Source: Camelus ferus (lineage: Eukaryota). Taken from it: a stretch of 64,000 nt of DNA. Positions within the stretch are counted from its first letter, which is position 1. Each line of letters begins with the position of its first letter. The notes beneath the pieces were generated by a model. The model was not told the origin of the DNA. It searched no databases and saw only the letters and a program-made list of their open reading frames with translations. The DNA lies in NCBI RefSeq assembly GCF_009834535.1, contig NC_045696.1, forward strand, positions 100,442,001-100,506,000. The letters run 5' to 3'. A program made the translations under genes and the position numbers. Below, in pieces: positions 1 to 12,730 of this stretch.

Positions 1-889
1 TTTAAATTAAAACATTATTCAAAATATTGGTATCTTTTATTCTTTGTACCCAACATTTAAAAGTCTTTGATTTGAGGTCATTTGAAAATAGAGATCTAGT
101 CATCATCTTAAATATGATTCACAAGAAACTAGAATTTTACTTACATTATTAATCATTTTCATTCATGAAGGAATGCTCTCTATTTTAGAGGACTCTATAA
201 TGACATCTCAAAAAAATCAGTGTTATTTTACAATAAATCCTTACCATTATGTCTTGTTTAAAGCAGTAAGTTCAACAGAGACATGTGGATTCTTTGGTAG
301 TAAAACATGTTTTTCACTTATTTTTCTGGCATTAGTTTAACAATGTACACTGAAAATAAACTACGTCATATATTCCCTGACCATCTCTGAACACATTTGA
401 AAGCAATAAAATTAAACAGAACAGCTTTTTCTGTTTACTTTTGACCTGAAGAGATTCCTTTTTATTATCTATAAGACATTGTAAATGTGTATAAGAGGAT
501 CCAGAGTTTATTTAATTCATTTTAAGGAATTTAGATCTTTTTGAGCTTAGCTAGCTATGATTTTTGGTATTTAATTAAGGATTGTTGTAACTCAGGAAAG
601 CATTGGATGCCTAGATTTTTTTCAGCAGATTGGATTCACATTGGTGTCCAAGAGGATGAAACATGAAGATGAATGTAAAACTTCATCCTGTTCTTCTTCC
701 TCTTCTTTTTTTTTAAACCGCATTTAGGTTCTGCCAGTGAAATGAATCAGCTCACTCTAAACCTGGCTAGTAACTGAACCGGTGTACTGATTTAAAAATT
801 TAAGAGAGAAAGTCATAAATTCTGGTATTCAATTCCTACACTCAATTCCAGGAGAGACAGAGATTTAAATATGGTTTGCAGTGAATGGC

Positions 890-1099
890 TGGTGCTGTCA
901 ATTGTTGTTTATCTTGGGTTCATCCAGCTCTCACACCCTTCTCCAGCACTGTGCTGTACCTCAGGGGACTGACCCTTGCAATCTGCATTTCCTGGGCTCC
1001 CTTGCAAAGTAACTCACAGTCAAGATCAGTCAGTCAATGGGAAGCACTGGTGAGAGCCTGGAGGCAGAAAGAAGACAGCCATCAGGGATCTCTCTTCTG
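890..1099. mobile_element. ERVL LTR fragment (LTR33/LTR16-like)
   Basis: 'ctgcatttcctgggctcccttgc...caatgggaagcactggtgagagcctggaggcagaa' resembles the LTR33/LTR16 consensus as remembered. Confidence 0.5.
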
Positions 1100-1460
1100 A
1101 CAGAGATGGATAAAAGTTTGTTGGGACGTGAAGCTTACATGATTTTTTGAGACCTCTTCAAGAAAAAGAATTAAAAATTACATATATAAATTCAATTTAA
1201 AAATGAATATTTACTTAGAATGAGGAAATAAATCACTACAAGTTAATAATTTTGAAAAGCTAGCAAATACAAACATAAAAAGTTTAATTAACTTACTGGT
1301 ACACCTCCATAATACGTTTTCTATAATTTTTGACTGCATATTCTTTAATCATTTCTTCATATGACAATGGTTTTGTAATATTTTATCTAAACAGAGTACA
1401 AGATTATTCAGTCTTTCCTCTAGTATAGCTGATCAGAACTTGTTGTTTTATTATTTATAA
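1100..1460 (-). mobile_element. hAT (Tip100/Zaphod-like) DNA transposon 3' fragment with decayed transposase dimerization domain
   Basis: Minus-strand translation of about 1442-1326 gives KF*SAILEERLNNL.. then, after a frameshift, NITKPLSYEEMIKEYAVK, matching the hAT C-terminal RST..ERLN.L motif. Confidence 0.65.
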
Positions 1461-2540
1461 CTGAGATGCACAAAACACATGATTTTAAATGCAGACATTT
1501 CCGCTATCAGATCTACCATTTCTTTGTCGGCATTAGTAGATATCCCAACATCCACTTTATTTTGTAAGTCAGCTAGGAAAGTGTGGAGGAATATTTTCTT
1601 CATTCTTGAAGATCTTTAGAGTAACTAAAGCTTTTCCTTATCTTCCCACACCTTGTCGATTAATAATGAATAGTTTTTAAGGAATCAAGCACCTAAAAAG
1701 GCTGTGTTCCATTTCTTAAGGCACTCAATTGTGATAAAAATATAAAATCATCTTTTTTTTTAATTTATAAATGCTACAGTTAACTCAAATAACACTCTTT
1801 GAATTCAGTACTCTGTAAGTAAAGGAGCATTAAATATTGTTGCTACTGAAGGTTGTTATTTCTCTCCTCTAAAATACCATATTTTATTGAATATTATGCT
1901 GTCATTGCTAAGATGCATCATTATTATATGTTCTAAGAAAGAAAAAAATGTCAGTTAAACTATGGCACAGTACTTTCTATCACATATAATTTTTCTCCAC
2001 TTTTTTTCTCCTGTTCCTTCCAAGGCATTTCCTGAAAGAATGCTCAATTTGGGGCTTCCAGATTTTCTTCTCAGCTGCTGGCACTCTTTCTAAAAGTTTT
2101 GATGTAGGCACTTTCTTAATCATTACAGATGGTGTGCAAATAAGCTTTTAGACATATCAGCCAAGAAGTCATTGTAAATGGCAATTAAACTCAGTGCATG
2201 AAACTAAATGGAAGTAATAAAAATATGACCAAGTTTGCACACAAACAGTAACGGCAGTTCTGTAGTGATTCTCTCACAGACATTGGAAGCCATAAAAAGA
2301 CACACTATGATTGCAGGTATGTTAAAATGTTCAAAAATCTGCATTTCATGTTCGCTGAAATACATACAGCTGTTGCACTCAGCTAGCAGCCTGTGCACTC
2401 CACCTGGGACATGTGACCTGCCTGTTAGAAAAAGTGTTTAAAGGCTTTCGAGGTAGGCAGTGCAGACAGATTGCCTTGGCTGCTCCAAATCACCCTGCAT
2501 TTCATTTCTTAGACATGAGATATATCTTCACTTCTTCTGT

Positions 2541-2542
2541 TT

Positions 2543-2581
<39 letters not shown>

Positions 2582-2584
2582 TTT
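2541..2584 (+). repeat. (TTTA)n microsatellite
   Basis: About 10 direct TTTA units. Confidence 0.95.
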
Positions 2585-2832
2585 CTGGAGAGCATGACAG
2601 ATTGACTGTACTGTCTTGGCCAAGACCCTCCTGTAACAGTATGCTAGGTGGCTTTAGCAAATGGATGCAAATTTCTTCTTTCTTCTGTTTCATGGGTAAT
2701 TTCGTAGTAGATGTAATATTTTCAGTCAACCTCTGTAAGTAGCCTTTTCATAACTTCAGTGTTGCTGGCTGTATTAAAACCCATTTTTCTCTCACAAGGG
2801 CACCAGAAGTACTTTTACTAAGCACAGAGTTT

Positions 2833-2849
2833 TGTGTGTGTGTGTGTGT
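2833..2849 (+). repeat. (TG)n microsatellite
   Basis: About 8 TG units. Confidence 0.9.
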
Positions 2850-3841
2850 TTTTTCTGAAGCATGATTGGCCTCTTTATTTGTCTCCTTTTTTTCCCCTCT
2901 CCTAGAGAAGGGAAAGAGGCTGAGCATTTTTCTACTCCTCTTAGCAAGAAAAAGATATAACCTTGAGATAGTCAAGAATGTCTAGTAATATAGTTCCATT
3001 CAGGCTAACAATATAAAAATTGTTTTTGTTTTGTTTTGTTTTTGCACTAATGGAATAAGTATTTTTATAAGAAGTTACATTTAGACATATTTTCCTTAGT
3101 AATAAAAATGATGAAAATAATGACTGTCTCACCAGGGTTGAAATGTTTAACTAGATTTTAATTTAATGATATATTCATGTAAAAGGATTAATTCTTTGTT
3201 GAATACAGAATATCAATTTTATTTTGCTCAGTGTTTTGCATAATTTTTAATATTTTTAAATGGAGAAAATTAATACCACAAAGAAAAGCTCAAACCAGAA
3301 TGTTATTCTAACCAATCTATATAATGCTTTAAAAAATTAGTAGACTGGAATACATACAATATTGTAGTAAGACTTTTAATTAAATGACTTAAGGGAAAAA
3401 AATTAAAAGTCTAACTACAAATTATGTAAGAAAAATTAAGCTGATTAACCTATATTAACCATTTATTTTCCTTAAGACACTAAGTATAGGGGATTCTTCC
3501 ATAAAACAATACATGTGAACCTGAAAACCCATGCATTTTGTAAATCTTCCACTAAAGAGAATAAAACATCTTAGGAAAAGAGCAGGGATAGACCTTTCAA
3601 AACCTGTGCAACTTTGTGAACAGAGCACTACCAAAAATTAGTAATAATTGCATTTTGGGAAATAAGTTGTACTGTCTAGGCAGGAAGCTCAGAATAGCTA
3701 AGAAGTGACTCTTGGGATGTTAATCTATATGAAATCAAAAGAGTGGAAATACTGACTTGGAGACACTGAGCCCCTGCTGGTGCAGAGAGATGAGTCAGTG
3801 GGGCTGCAGTTAAGGTGGGCACCAGAGGAAGTTCAACCTTC

Positions 3842-4339
3842 TGATAAGGCCATGTCCCTGGTCCTAGGCGAGTCCCTGGAATGCGCCTCATCAAGTGAGG
3901 GTCCTCAGCTTCGAGAAGGAAAGAATTCAAGAGCGAGCCATAGCTGAACAAAGGTAGATTTATTCAGAGAGATACATACTCCATAGATAGAGTGCAAGCA
4001 GTCTCAGAAGGCCAGAGAAGCCACGAAGTGCCTGTGAGCTCTGTATGATTTTTATGAGCTCAGTAACGTCATATGCTAACAAGTGGGAGGATTATTCCAA
4101 CTACTTTGGGAAGAGGCTGGGATTCCCAGGAACTGGACCATCATTCACTTTTTGGCCTTTTACGATCAGCCTTGTAACTGTCGTGGCGCCTGTGGCAGTA
4201 CCATCTAGCAGCTATTGTATTACAGTGAGTGCATAATGAAGCCCAAGGTCTTTTAGGAGTTGAATCTTCCACCATTTTAATGTGCGTTGCTGTGTCATTC
4301 TTTTAATGGTTATGCCCTGCCCCCTGCCCTCCTGTCTCA
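3842..4339 (-). mobile_element. Solo ERV1-type LTR, 498 bp
   Basis: TG...CA termini; near-TSD cttc/cttt; AATAAA on the minus strand near 3958; minus-strand start TGAGACAGGAGGGCAGGGGGCAGGGCATAACC resembles artiodactyl ERV1 LTRs. Confidence 0.85.
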
Positions 4340-6061
4340 CTTTGGTCCTGGAGCCCAGAGTCACAGTGATGGTGAGCCTCTCTGGGAGGGGAAACCTGGG
4401 TGCAGGGAGTCAGTTTTAATTTCCTTTAAAATACAGTTAAAGAGTCTCTCCTTTTCTGCTCAAAGTTTAATTCTACTATTTAACATTTTGTTTCCCCTTA
4501 CCTAGAAAAAATTCCTATGAGTTGTAATTTTCACATGCTACTGCACAATTCCCCTATCTGCCAGTTGTTTATGGGCTAATTGATATTCTAGAAACAGACT
4601 GAGTAGCAGAACAGACTCAGTGGGCTTGAAAGGCAAATGAGTTACCTAGTCCACTCATTTAAGAAATTTTTATTATAGGTGAGAAGGTATAAACTGGAGA
4701 TATTTTGATATATGTTACATATTTTTAAACATTTTAATGAATAAAAAATGATACCAGTTAAGAGAGAAGAAAATATTAATGGAAAATTTGTTTTAGGGAA
4801 TGTAACTTTAAGATATTAGTCACCTCCATCTAACGTGTATTTTTAAAAACTAAAGGTAAACAAAAATAATTCGATTTCAAATGATGTGTTATCTCTATTA
4901 CTAGGATGCTGAACTGACTAAAAATGTGCACAATGTGTTATGCTAAATACCATCTCAATAGATCACCATATGCCACATTTGAATGATCTTGAAATGATTA
5001 GTAAATTCTGGCTCGTTACCTTTAGAATTGTACTTTCCACCAAGGGAGCCCTATGATGAACCTAAATGTAAATTCTCTGAGCCAAAAAGGAAATAATCTG
5101 TATAGTCCAGGCAGGAAGCTCAGAATGGCTAAGGGTTGCCTTTTGGGATATACATAAAATTGGTTAACAGAGATAGAGCAATAAAAAAAGAGAAATCTGA
5201 TTCAGTAATTCCACATCAAGCACAGTGCCTAAGAGAGAGGATCCACTAGACAACTGAGCATGAATGAGCTGTCATGTTGCCCATGGACCCCATTACCGGA
5301 GACTAATTTAGGTGCCACTAAGGAAGCTTCTGATTTGTTCATTGTTGAGGATAAGTAAGTCGTCTTCTTTTAACATTGTTCAGAAAAAAAAATTTTTTTT
5401 TAAGCTAAGATCTTCTTTAAGTCCTAAAATCTAACAGAGTTCCAACAGTGAGTGTCTATTCAGTAGACATTGCATGAGTTTGTGGAGATGGGCAGACATG
5501 GTCCTATGGCTCTCAGCACAGTGCTGCGTGGGCAGTGACCAACTTCACTGAACCTGAAGGCCGACTAAGTGATGCTCTAATAGGCTGTCTGATGAATCTT
5601 AGAGTCATCTAGATTAACTTCTTGTTTTATGGAGGTGAAACTGATGGCTAGAGAAGGTGGATAATTTAAGATAATTTATTTAACATTGAAAAAGTGATAT
5701 ACTTTTCTAAATAAAAAATATAGAAACATCACCTTTGCTTCAATTGAGTGGGCCCCAAGGGTGTCTTAGTAACTATTTACACATACCTTCTTCTGTATTG
5801 TTGAATTGCTACAACCCTGTTTGTGTTTTGTTAAACATTTTGTTAAATTCCTTGCCCCAAATCTTCTAGACACCAGAGAAGAAATTTTACACTCGAGAAT
5901 ATATGGGCATATGCCAAACTTCTAGGAGTAAGAATTAAAGAGAAAGACTCAAAGTGCTAAACATTTGCAATAGGTTATTAAGTTCTTTAGAGTTTCACGA
6001 AGTACTCTAGTCACCACAAAGGAATAGATTATTCTCCCTCTGTTTTTGCTGGTCTTTAACG

Positions 6062-6225
6062 AGTTGTTCTCATCCGGATTACATTAGAATTCCCTGACAT
6101 AAATTATACCTATGCCCAGTCCCCACTCCAGAGACCGATTTAATGAATCTGGAGTGGAGCCAGAACACTGGTGGTTATTGAAAGTTCCCCAGGTATGTTC
6201 ATATACAGCCCCATGGAGAATCAGA
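6062..6225. mobile_element. MER5A-like hAT-Charlie MITE
   Basis: 'gttctc...tgcccagtccccactccagaga...tctggagtggagcc...ttccccaggt...tacagcc...gagaatca' follows the MER5A layout. Confidence 0.7.
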
Positions 6226-6235
6226 GCTCTCAAGG

Positions 6236-7750
6236 ACAATCCTCAAAGTGTTCTGGGCCCCTAGAAATCCCCAAGACCTTTTCAGGAGGTCCATAAGGTC
6301 AAACCTATTTTCATAATAATACTAAACCACGATTTGTCCTTTTCACTGTGTCTGTGTCGCATTTGCACTGAACAAGCCAGAGTCAATGGTGCATGAAACT
6401 GCTGGCCCTGCAGCTCACATCAAGACAGTGACAACAAAGTGTTCAAGTAGTTACTGTGTTCTTTACTGTCACACACCATACCATTAAAAAAAAAAAAAAA
6501 AAGCTAGTTTTGCTTAGAAGTATCCTTGATGTAACAATTTTATTATTTTATTGAAGTATAGTTGATTTATAATGTGTTAGTTTCAGGTGTACAGCAAAGT
6601 GATTCAGTTATACATATGTATATATATTCTTTTTCAGATTCTTTTCCATTATAGGTTAAAACAAGATTTTAAATATAGTCCCTGTGCTGTTCAGTAGGTC
6701 CTTGTTGTTTATCTATTTCATATGTAGTAGTGTGTATCTGTTAATCACAAACTCCTAATTTATCCCCCCCTTTCCCCTTTGGTAACTATAAGTTTGTTAT
6801 CTATGTCTGTGATCTAGCAATTTTTAATTTTATTAAATCTCAACCCTTGAATGTCTGTCTTTCTAATATTCTGTGTGGCAAAATGACAAGTACATATAAA
6901 GCTCTTCTGCGTCAAGAAATAAGGAAGTGGCTTTAAAGGAAAACACATAAGTGACTGGGTTGGGAGCTGACCCAGTCACCTGATTAGCTGCTTTTTTTCC
7001 ACGAGACATCACTTTTACTTGAACAAATGATCAACAAACTATACTTATTCACAATTGAGTATTTGACAAAATTTCTTTGTTTCTTTTAATGAATCAGTTG
7101 AGTCTGTCACTTCAAGGAAAAGAACTGACTGTATTTGTGGCCAGTGGGAAAATTTGAACTTTCAAGTGAAAAATGAGGATTTTGGAAAATGTGTTCTTGC
7201 CACTATGAGCTTCATAGCTTCCCCATACTGACTTTTCTGATTAGATTGGTAGTGACATTAACAAGTATGGTTTTTAAAAATATTACATAGTGAAATGTGC
7301 AAACATTTGAAAGGTCTGCATAACACAGTGAATTTTCAAATGAACAGTGCACATGTTACGAAATCATGTATGGGTAAAATATCCATTCAAATGCACCATA
7401 GATCAATCAATTGTAATCAATTGATCACACAATATGCAGTTTCCTTAACGTGATTGCAGATTCCACACTGCAAGGGACTTAAAAAAATTACTGCTTGTCA
7501 AACATTTGTGTACTATCAAAAAATAATTCACGATTACCTAGCAAGTCTATTAAAATACTTTTTCCTTTTATAACTTCATATTTTTGAGGCAGATTTTCTT
7601 AATATACTTCAAGCAAAGCTATTATAGCAAAAGTTTGAATCAGAAGCAGATGTGGTAATCAAGCTTCCTCCTATATAGTCAAGAGTTTGAAGATATTTCC
7701 AAAGGTTTAAAACAATATCATTCTCTCCTCATTTGTCCCTTAAAACATAT
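6236..7750 (+). mobile_element. Charlie1-family hAT DNA transposon, interrupted by an L1 insertion
   Basis: 5' end 'ctcaaagtg...ccccaagaccttttcaggaggtccataaggtcaaacctattttcataataatactaa' matches Charlie1; decayed transposase MNQLSLSLQGKELTVFVASGKI*TFK*K starts at 7089. Confidence 0.85.
6541..6812 (-). mobile_element. 5'-truncated artiodactyl L1 3' end inserted into Charlie1
   Basis: 'tttattgaagtatagttgattta...gtgtacagcaaagtgattcagttatac'; degenerate TSD tgatgtaacaattt (6527-6540) / tgatctagcaattt (6810-6823). Confidence 0.9.
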
Positions 7751-7867
7751 GTTTTCATTCACTGTAATAAGGCAACAAATGTATATCAAAGATTAAGATG
7801 GCAACTGTTGTGAAATCTAACAAAGATTCAATAAAATTTCCAGAAAATACTGAGCTGATTAGAGCAA

Positions 7868-8637
7868 TTTTTATTTTTATTTTTCCTCAGATTTATTGAG
7901 ATAGAATTACCTATGACATTGTATAAGGTGTACCACCTAATGATTTGATATATGTGTATAGTGTGAACTGATTACCACAATACGTTCAGTTAATACATCT
8001 ATTGCCTCACATAGTTACAGTTTTTTTTATGTGTGTTGAGAACTTTTAAGATCAACTCTCTTAACAACTTTCAAATATACAATGTAATAGAGGCTGCACC
8101 AGTTTACATCCCCATAAATAGTGTACAAGGGTTCTCTTCTCCACATCCTTGCCAACACTTGTTATTTCTTGTATTTTTGATAATAGACAATCTAACAGGT
8201 GTGAAGTAATATTGTGGTTTTGATTTGCATTTCCCTGATGATTAGTGATGTTGAGCATCTTTTCGTGTACCTGTTGACCATCTATATGTCTTATTTGGAA
8301 AAATGCCTATTCAGATCTGCCCATTTTCCAAATATTTTTTCCCATTCAGTAGGCTGCCTTTTCATTTTGTTGATGGTTTCCTTTGCTGTGCAGAAATTTT
8401 TTAGTTTGATGTAGTTTCCCTTGTTTATTTTTGCTTTCATTGCTTTTGCTTTTGGTGTCAGATTCAAAAAATCATGCCCAGGACCTATGTCAAGAAGGTT
8501 ACCACGAATGTTTTCCTCTAGGAGTTTTATGATTTCAAAAGTTCTTACATTCACTTTTTTAATCCAATTTAAATTCATTGTTGTGTATGGTGTACTAGAG
8601 TGGCCCAGTTTCATTTCTTTGCCTGTGGTTGTCCAGT
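7868..8637 (-). mobile_element. L1 (L1MA-like) 3'UTR plus ORF2 C-terminal fragment, internally deleted
   Basis: ORF 8291..8614 (IKLLEENIRGNLLDIG..TPKAKAMKAKINK..IKLKNFCTAKETINKMKRQPTEWEKIF) is L1 ORF2p sequence; poly-T and L1MA 3'UTR lie at the left end. Confidence 0.95.
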
Positions 8638-9834
8638 TAATATATTCTTATTGCATAAATGAACAGATGATCATTTGTGTGACATTTTTGTTTTCTGACA
8701 GACTCATTTAAGATTAATTCCAATGTTTTTTTCCCACTGCTACTTTGACAATTACTTATAAATCACCATTAAATTTATTTTTGCAAATTTATATTTACAA
8801 GTTAGGTGTATTTGACGTGCACAGTCTTCTAAGAAATCCACCAAAAGAGGAATTAAGAGGAATGATACTTACATTCAAATATTTTCAGTTTAGATGATAC
8901 AGGTGCCATGTTTGGATGAGGCTGATTTAAGTAGCTCCCTTGACAGATTCACATTTGTATTTCAACTAATCCAACATTGTGGAAAGCTATTTTCATCAGG
9001 TCAAGTATTGAATTCATGAACTATTTATCAGATGCTTGACATTAAGCAGTATTAAGCTCCCAGCAGATGGCTTGGGACTTGCAGTTCTGCATCACAACTA
9101 CATCTTGCATTAAGGTCTGTTATGTTCTATGGAAATATATTTGTTATGCGTTTGATTCGGTTTTGAAGTCTGAAAAATATTTGTTCTGTTTCTTTCTCCT
9201 TTAATCTTCAACCTTATTTCACCCCAGTTGCCTGTTTTGATACTCCCAAACCCAGTTTAATTTTACAGTTTTGCTTCTCTTTCCTTTCTAGCAGATCTGT
9301 TTCTTCCAGAAGAGGGAAGAAATTAAAAGTAATATTACTAACTGCTTTCTTTATAACAACTTCCATCTTTTGTTGCCTTTAACCTTTTTTTAAACAAAGT
9401 ATCAGAGAGATAAACTAATTTTCCAGAAAATACATTGCTAAAAAAAATGGTGGTGATGAAATTTGTTTCCAGATTTTTCGCATTTTAGTAATTATTCTCC
9501 AGCATTATCTTATTCCTACTTTTGAAAAAAGTGTGAACCCTAGTCCATTATGTTTTAGTAATAATTACAAGATTAGTAATTACCTCTGTGTCACACGCCA
9601 ATTTCTGTTTTGTTATCTATTCTTGGTGCATCAGTACATGTACATATAAAATCACAAGTATTGCTATAGACTTCATCTTTACTTTCTCTTTAAAATTCCA
9701 AGTACTACTTCTGCTAATAGAAATCCCTCCTTTAACATCTATTAATTTTCAGTTTCCAATTCGGAAATTGTCTAAATAATGATAGCCTTTCTATTATCAA
9801 ATAGAAACAGCTAGCTGTCCTTAAGCTTGTAGCG

Positions 9835-9965
9835 TTGTGCAAGGTACTACTCTAAGGCACTGTCTCTTGTAGCCACACAGCAAGCTGGGCAGCAGGGATT
9901 GTCCATATGGAGGAAGTGGGTGCTCAGAGTGGTCAGGTGACTTGCAAAGATCTTTGTGAATCCAG
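9835..9965 (-). mobile_element. MIR SINE fragment
   Basis: 'ggaggaagtgggtgctcagagtggtcaggtgacttgcaaag' resembles the MIR core. Confidence 0.5.
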
Positions 9966-10679
9966 AAGAAAGGTCACAACCATCTCATGCTCAGGTGGAT
10001 AAATGTCCTCCCAAACTACTAGCTTTTAGCCAATTATTTTCAGATTGAACGCTGTGATCCAGAGTATAAAATCATTTTCTAGAATCTAAATTAAAATCAC
10101 TACTGTCTGAAGACATTATACAAATATGCCAAATACAGGAGATCTGGGTAGATGATCTATTCCCCCATTATCAAATACCGCATGTATAAATTAATTATTT
10201 AATAGGACTTGTTGTTGTGAGAGAATATTAAATTTGTATGCTACCATTCGTTGACTATTTTCAAAGGATTTGAAATACAGAACACCAAAAAAAAAAAAAG
10301 AGATAAAACCATTTGATGCTTATCTTTCTAGCCATGGGTGTATTTACAAAAAACGTTAACACCCTACATGATACACTAGTTTTTATCTTGTAAGCAAATA
10401 GTTTCTAGGTCATTAACTATTTCTCAACAGCATTATTTTAATGTATGGATATGTATTTTACTGTGAGTACCATGACGGGTGCTATAAAATGGCAAGCAGT
10501 TACTCAAGTTCCAATTTCACGTGTATTGGAAAACACTTCTTAGAGCAAATTATTCTCTCCAGTGCCCTCCAGAGGAGGGCAGTGCTCTCCAGTTTTTCCC
10601 TAGATCCCACCTCCCGTCCCTATATCTGAGCCACTTGGTGGAGACATCTGACTCGCTTCAGCTTCTGACATCGGACCAG

Positions 10680-10790
10680 AGTTCTGGCTGTAGAGTTGAC
10701 TTTTGACACGTTAACGTCTCTGAGATTCAGGGTCTTCGTGTGTAAAATGAGGTAGTTAGACCATCTAGCTTCCAACGTCAACTTCTGTAC
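10680..10790 (+). mobile_element. MIR/MIR3 fragment
   Basis: 'ttaacgtctctgagattcagggtcttcgtgtgtaaaatgagg' resembles the MIR core. Confidence 0.5.
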
Positions 10791-12730
10791 TGATGATCTA
10801 ATTTTCTCTAAAAGTAGCATCAATTGAATTGAAATGATAAAGGAAGTGTTTGAGCTGTTAAATTAGAACTCCTTTCTGAGAGTAGCAATAATTTACCTAC
10901 TAGACTCTTGAAAAAAGAGTACTTTTTTTCTTGCTTCATTCTTGATGCTCTCACTGCTCTACGATATTTATTCGATGCAATATTCCCCTAGATATCAATT
11001 ACTCTTTAAGGGGTCCAATGATAAGAAGATGCTCTCCTTTTAATAAGTACTTTAATTTAAAAGAATTATAAAAATAATCCATAAGATCTACAGGAATGAT
11101 GCAGTGATGTTGGGAATATGACACTAAACCAGGCAGGGCAGTGCATATGTTAGCTGGAGGGCCTTTTTAGTTACCATCCAAATTAAAGGCATACGCAGTT
11201 GCTTATACACAGAACTAGACCAGCAAGATATAATTAGCTTTTTAAAAAGAGCACACATGAATTTTACGTTTCTGTGTACGTTTCTACTTGAAATTTACTG
11301 TAATTTCTGATATTTATTCTGGGAAGTGATCTCCGAAGAACTTCAGCGAATTGTATTATTGCTTTGATTAGAGATTTGGCATACAATGTTATTCATTTTT
11401 ATTCCATTCCAATATAATATTACTGGTGTCATTTTCAGATATAAAACTCTATGTGATGGGTCAAATTCTGCCATATGTGGGAGGCCAGGCTTTGCAGCAT
11501 GGGGATGTCCAGTGTACATCATTGCTTTGGGGCTCTCACTGAGATACCCAAGCCGTTCCTACAAAGGCAGATGCTGCTAGGTTATTTACATTTTTCTTAA
11601 CATCTAATTAAAAACAGAATTCCTTTTTATGGAAATTAGAATATTTTACTTTTATTGTAAGTAGTCTATTTAAGCATTCCCACTCTTCTTTTCATATAGG
11701 TTTGCTTTAATGTACTTGGATGGCGATTTTATAGCAGAAGAGGAAATAATTAAAATATAAAAATAAACTTGCTCGACGAGTACATTGTGTGACTTCAGCT
11801 CCTGGGAAATTTGGTATTGGTTAACTTTATGGAGCGCACACAAGATGTGGGTAATGGCGTGTTTGTTGGTATTCTGACTGGTTGCTCTCCTGCATTCCCT
11901 TGTATCTTAGTTCCCTCTACCTGTTCTCATCCAAACAGCTACACTGGGGAGTAACTCTAGAGATCCTTGTATTTTGATGAACTTCCAAAATTTGTAGCTT
12001 TAGACTGCAGTAGGTTTGGGATCTCTAAAATAGTGAGGAAGTAACTGAAGTAGTTATGAATCCCTAAATAGGTATACTAAACTTGGATTGGTAAGAGTCA
12101 GGTATGATCATGGAGAAGGAAGGGAATGGGAGGTCTGTCATTTCTATCAGTAGATAGCTGACTTGAGTTCCAAGTGTTTTCAGAGTTTTGATGTTAGGGA
12201 AAAAAAAAAAAACTCCTAAAGAACCTGAGCTTTAAACTGAAGTTGCCAAGTAACAACACATTTGATAATTGCCTGGTGTGATTATAATGCGAGAAATAGT
12301 TATGTGAACTGCTGTCCATCCCCAGAGGCAAATTCTTTTCTACTCTTGGTTGTGAAGACACTGTGTTTCATCTGCTTATCAGCTGTATTCCATCTTTAGT
12401 TTAAATGTTAAACATAGGAATTTGTTGATGTAAATATACTTAGCAATGACTTACTATGTACTATTATGGGAGTGTTTTTCTAAACAATGGAAAATATAAC
12501 AGATTCTTTTCTGTCCATAATATATTGTTTAGGAACATTCCAACTGAGAGAAAACAAATGAACCATGTAGGTACATGATTAACTCAAATAATTCCTCCCT
12601 TAATGGAGGTGTCAAACAAATGAGAATTTGTAATGGTAATGTAAATAGAGCATAGACATTTTCCCTTACCTTTTACTTATAAAAATCTCTTAATGTATAC
12701 TGTTTATCTTATTCTTGTAAGTTCAATACG

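Noticed and set aside
650..705. Hairpin ggatgaa...ttcatcc as a miRNA precursor
   Set aside because: The stem is short, imperfect and low in complexity.
8291..8614. 107-aa ORF as a gene
   Set aside because: It is a fragment of decayed L1 ORF2p.
11439..11580. Possible coding exon after ttttcag
   Set aside because: The longest frame ends in a stop, the donor (gttatt) is weak, and the peptide is not recognisable.
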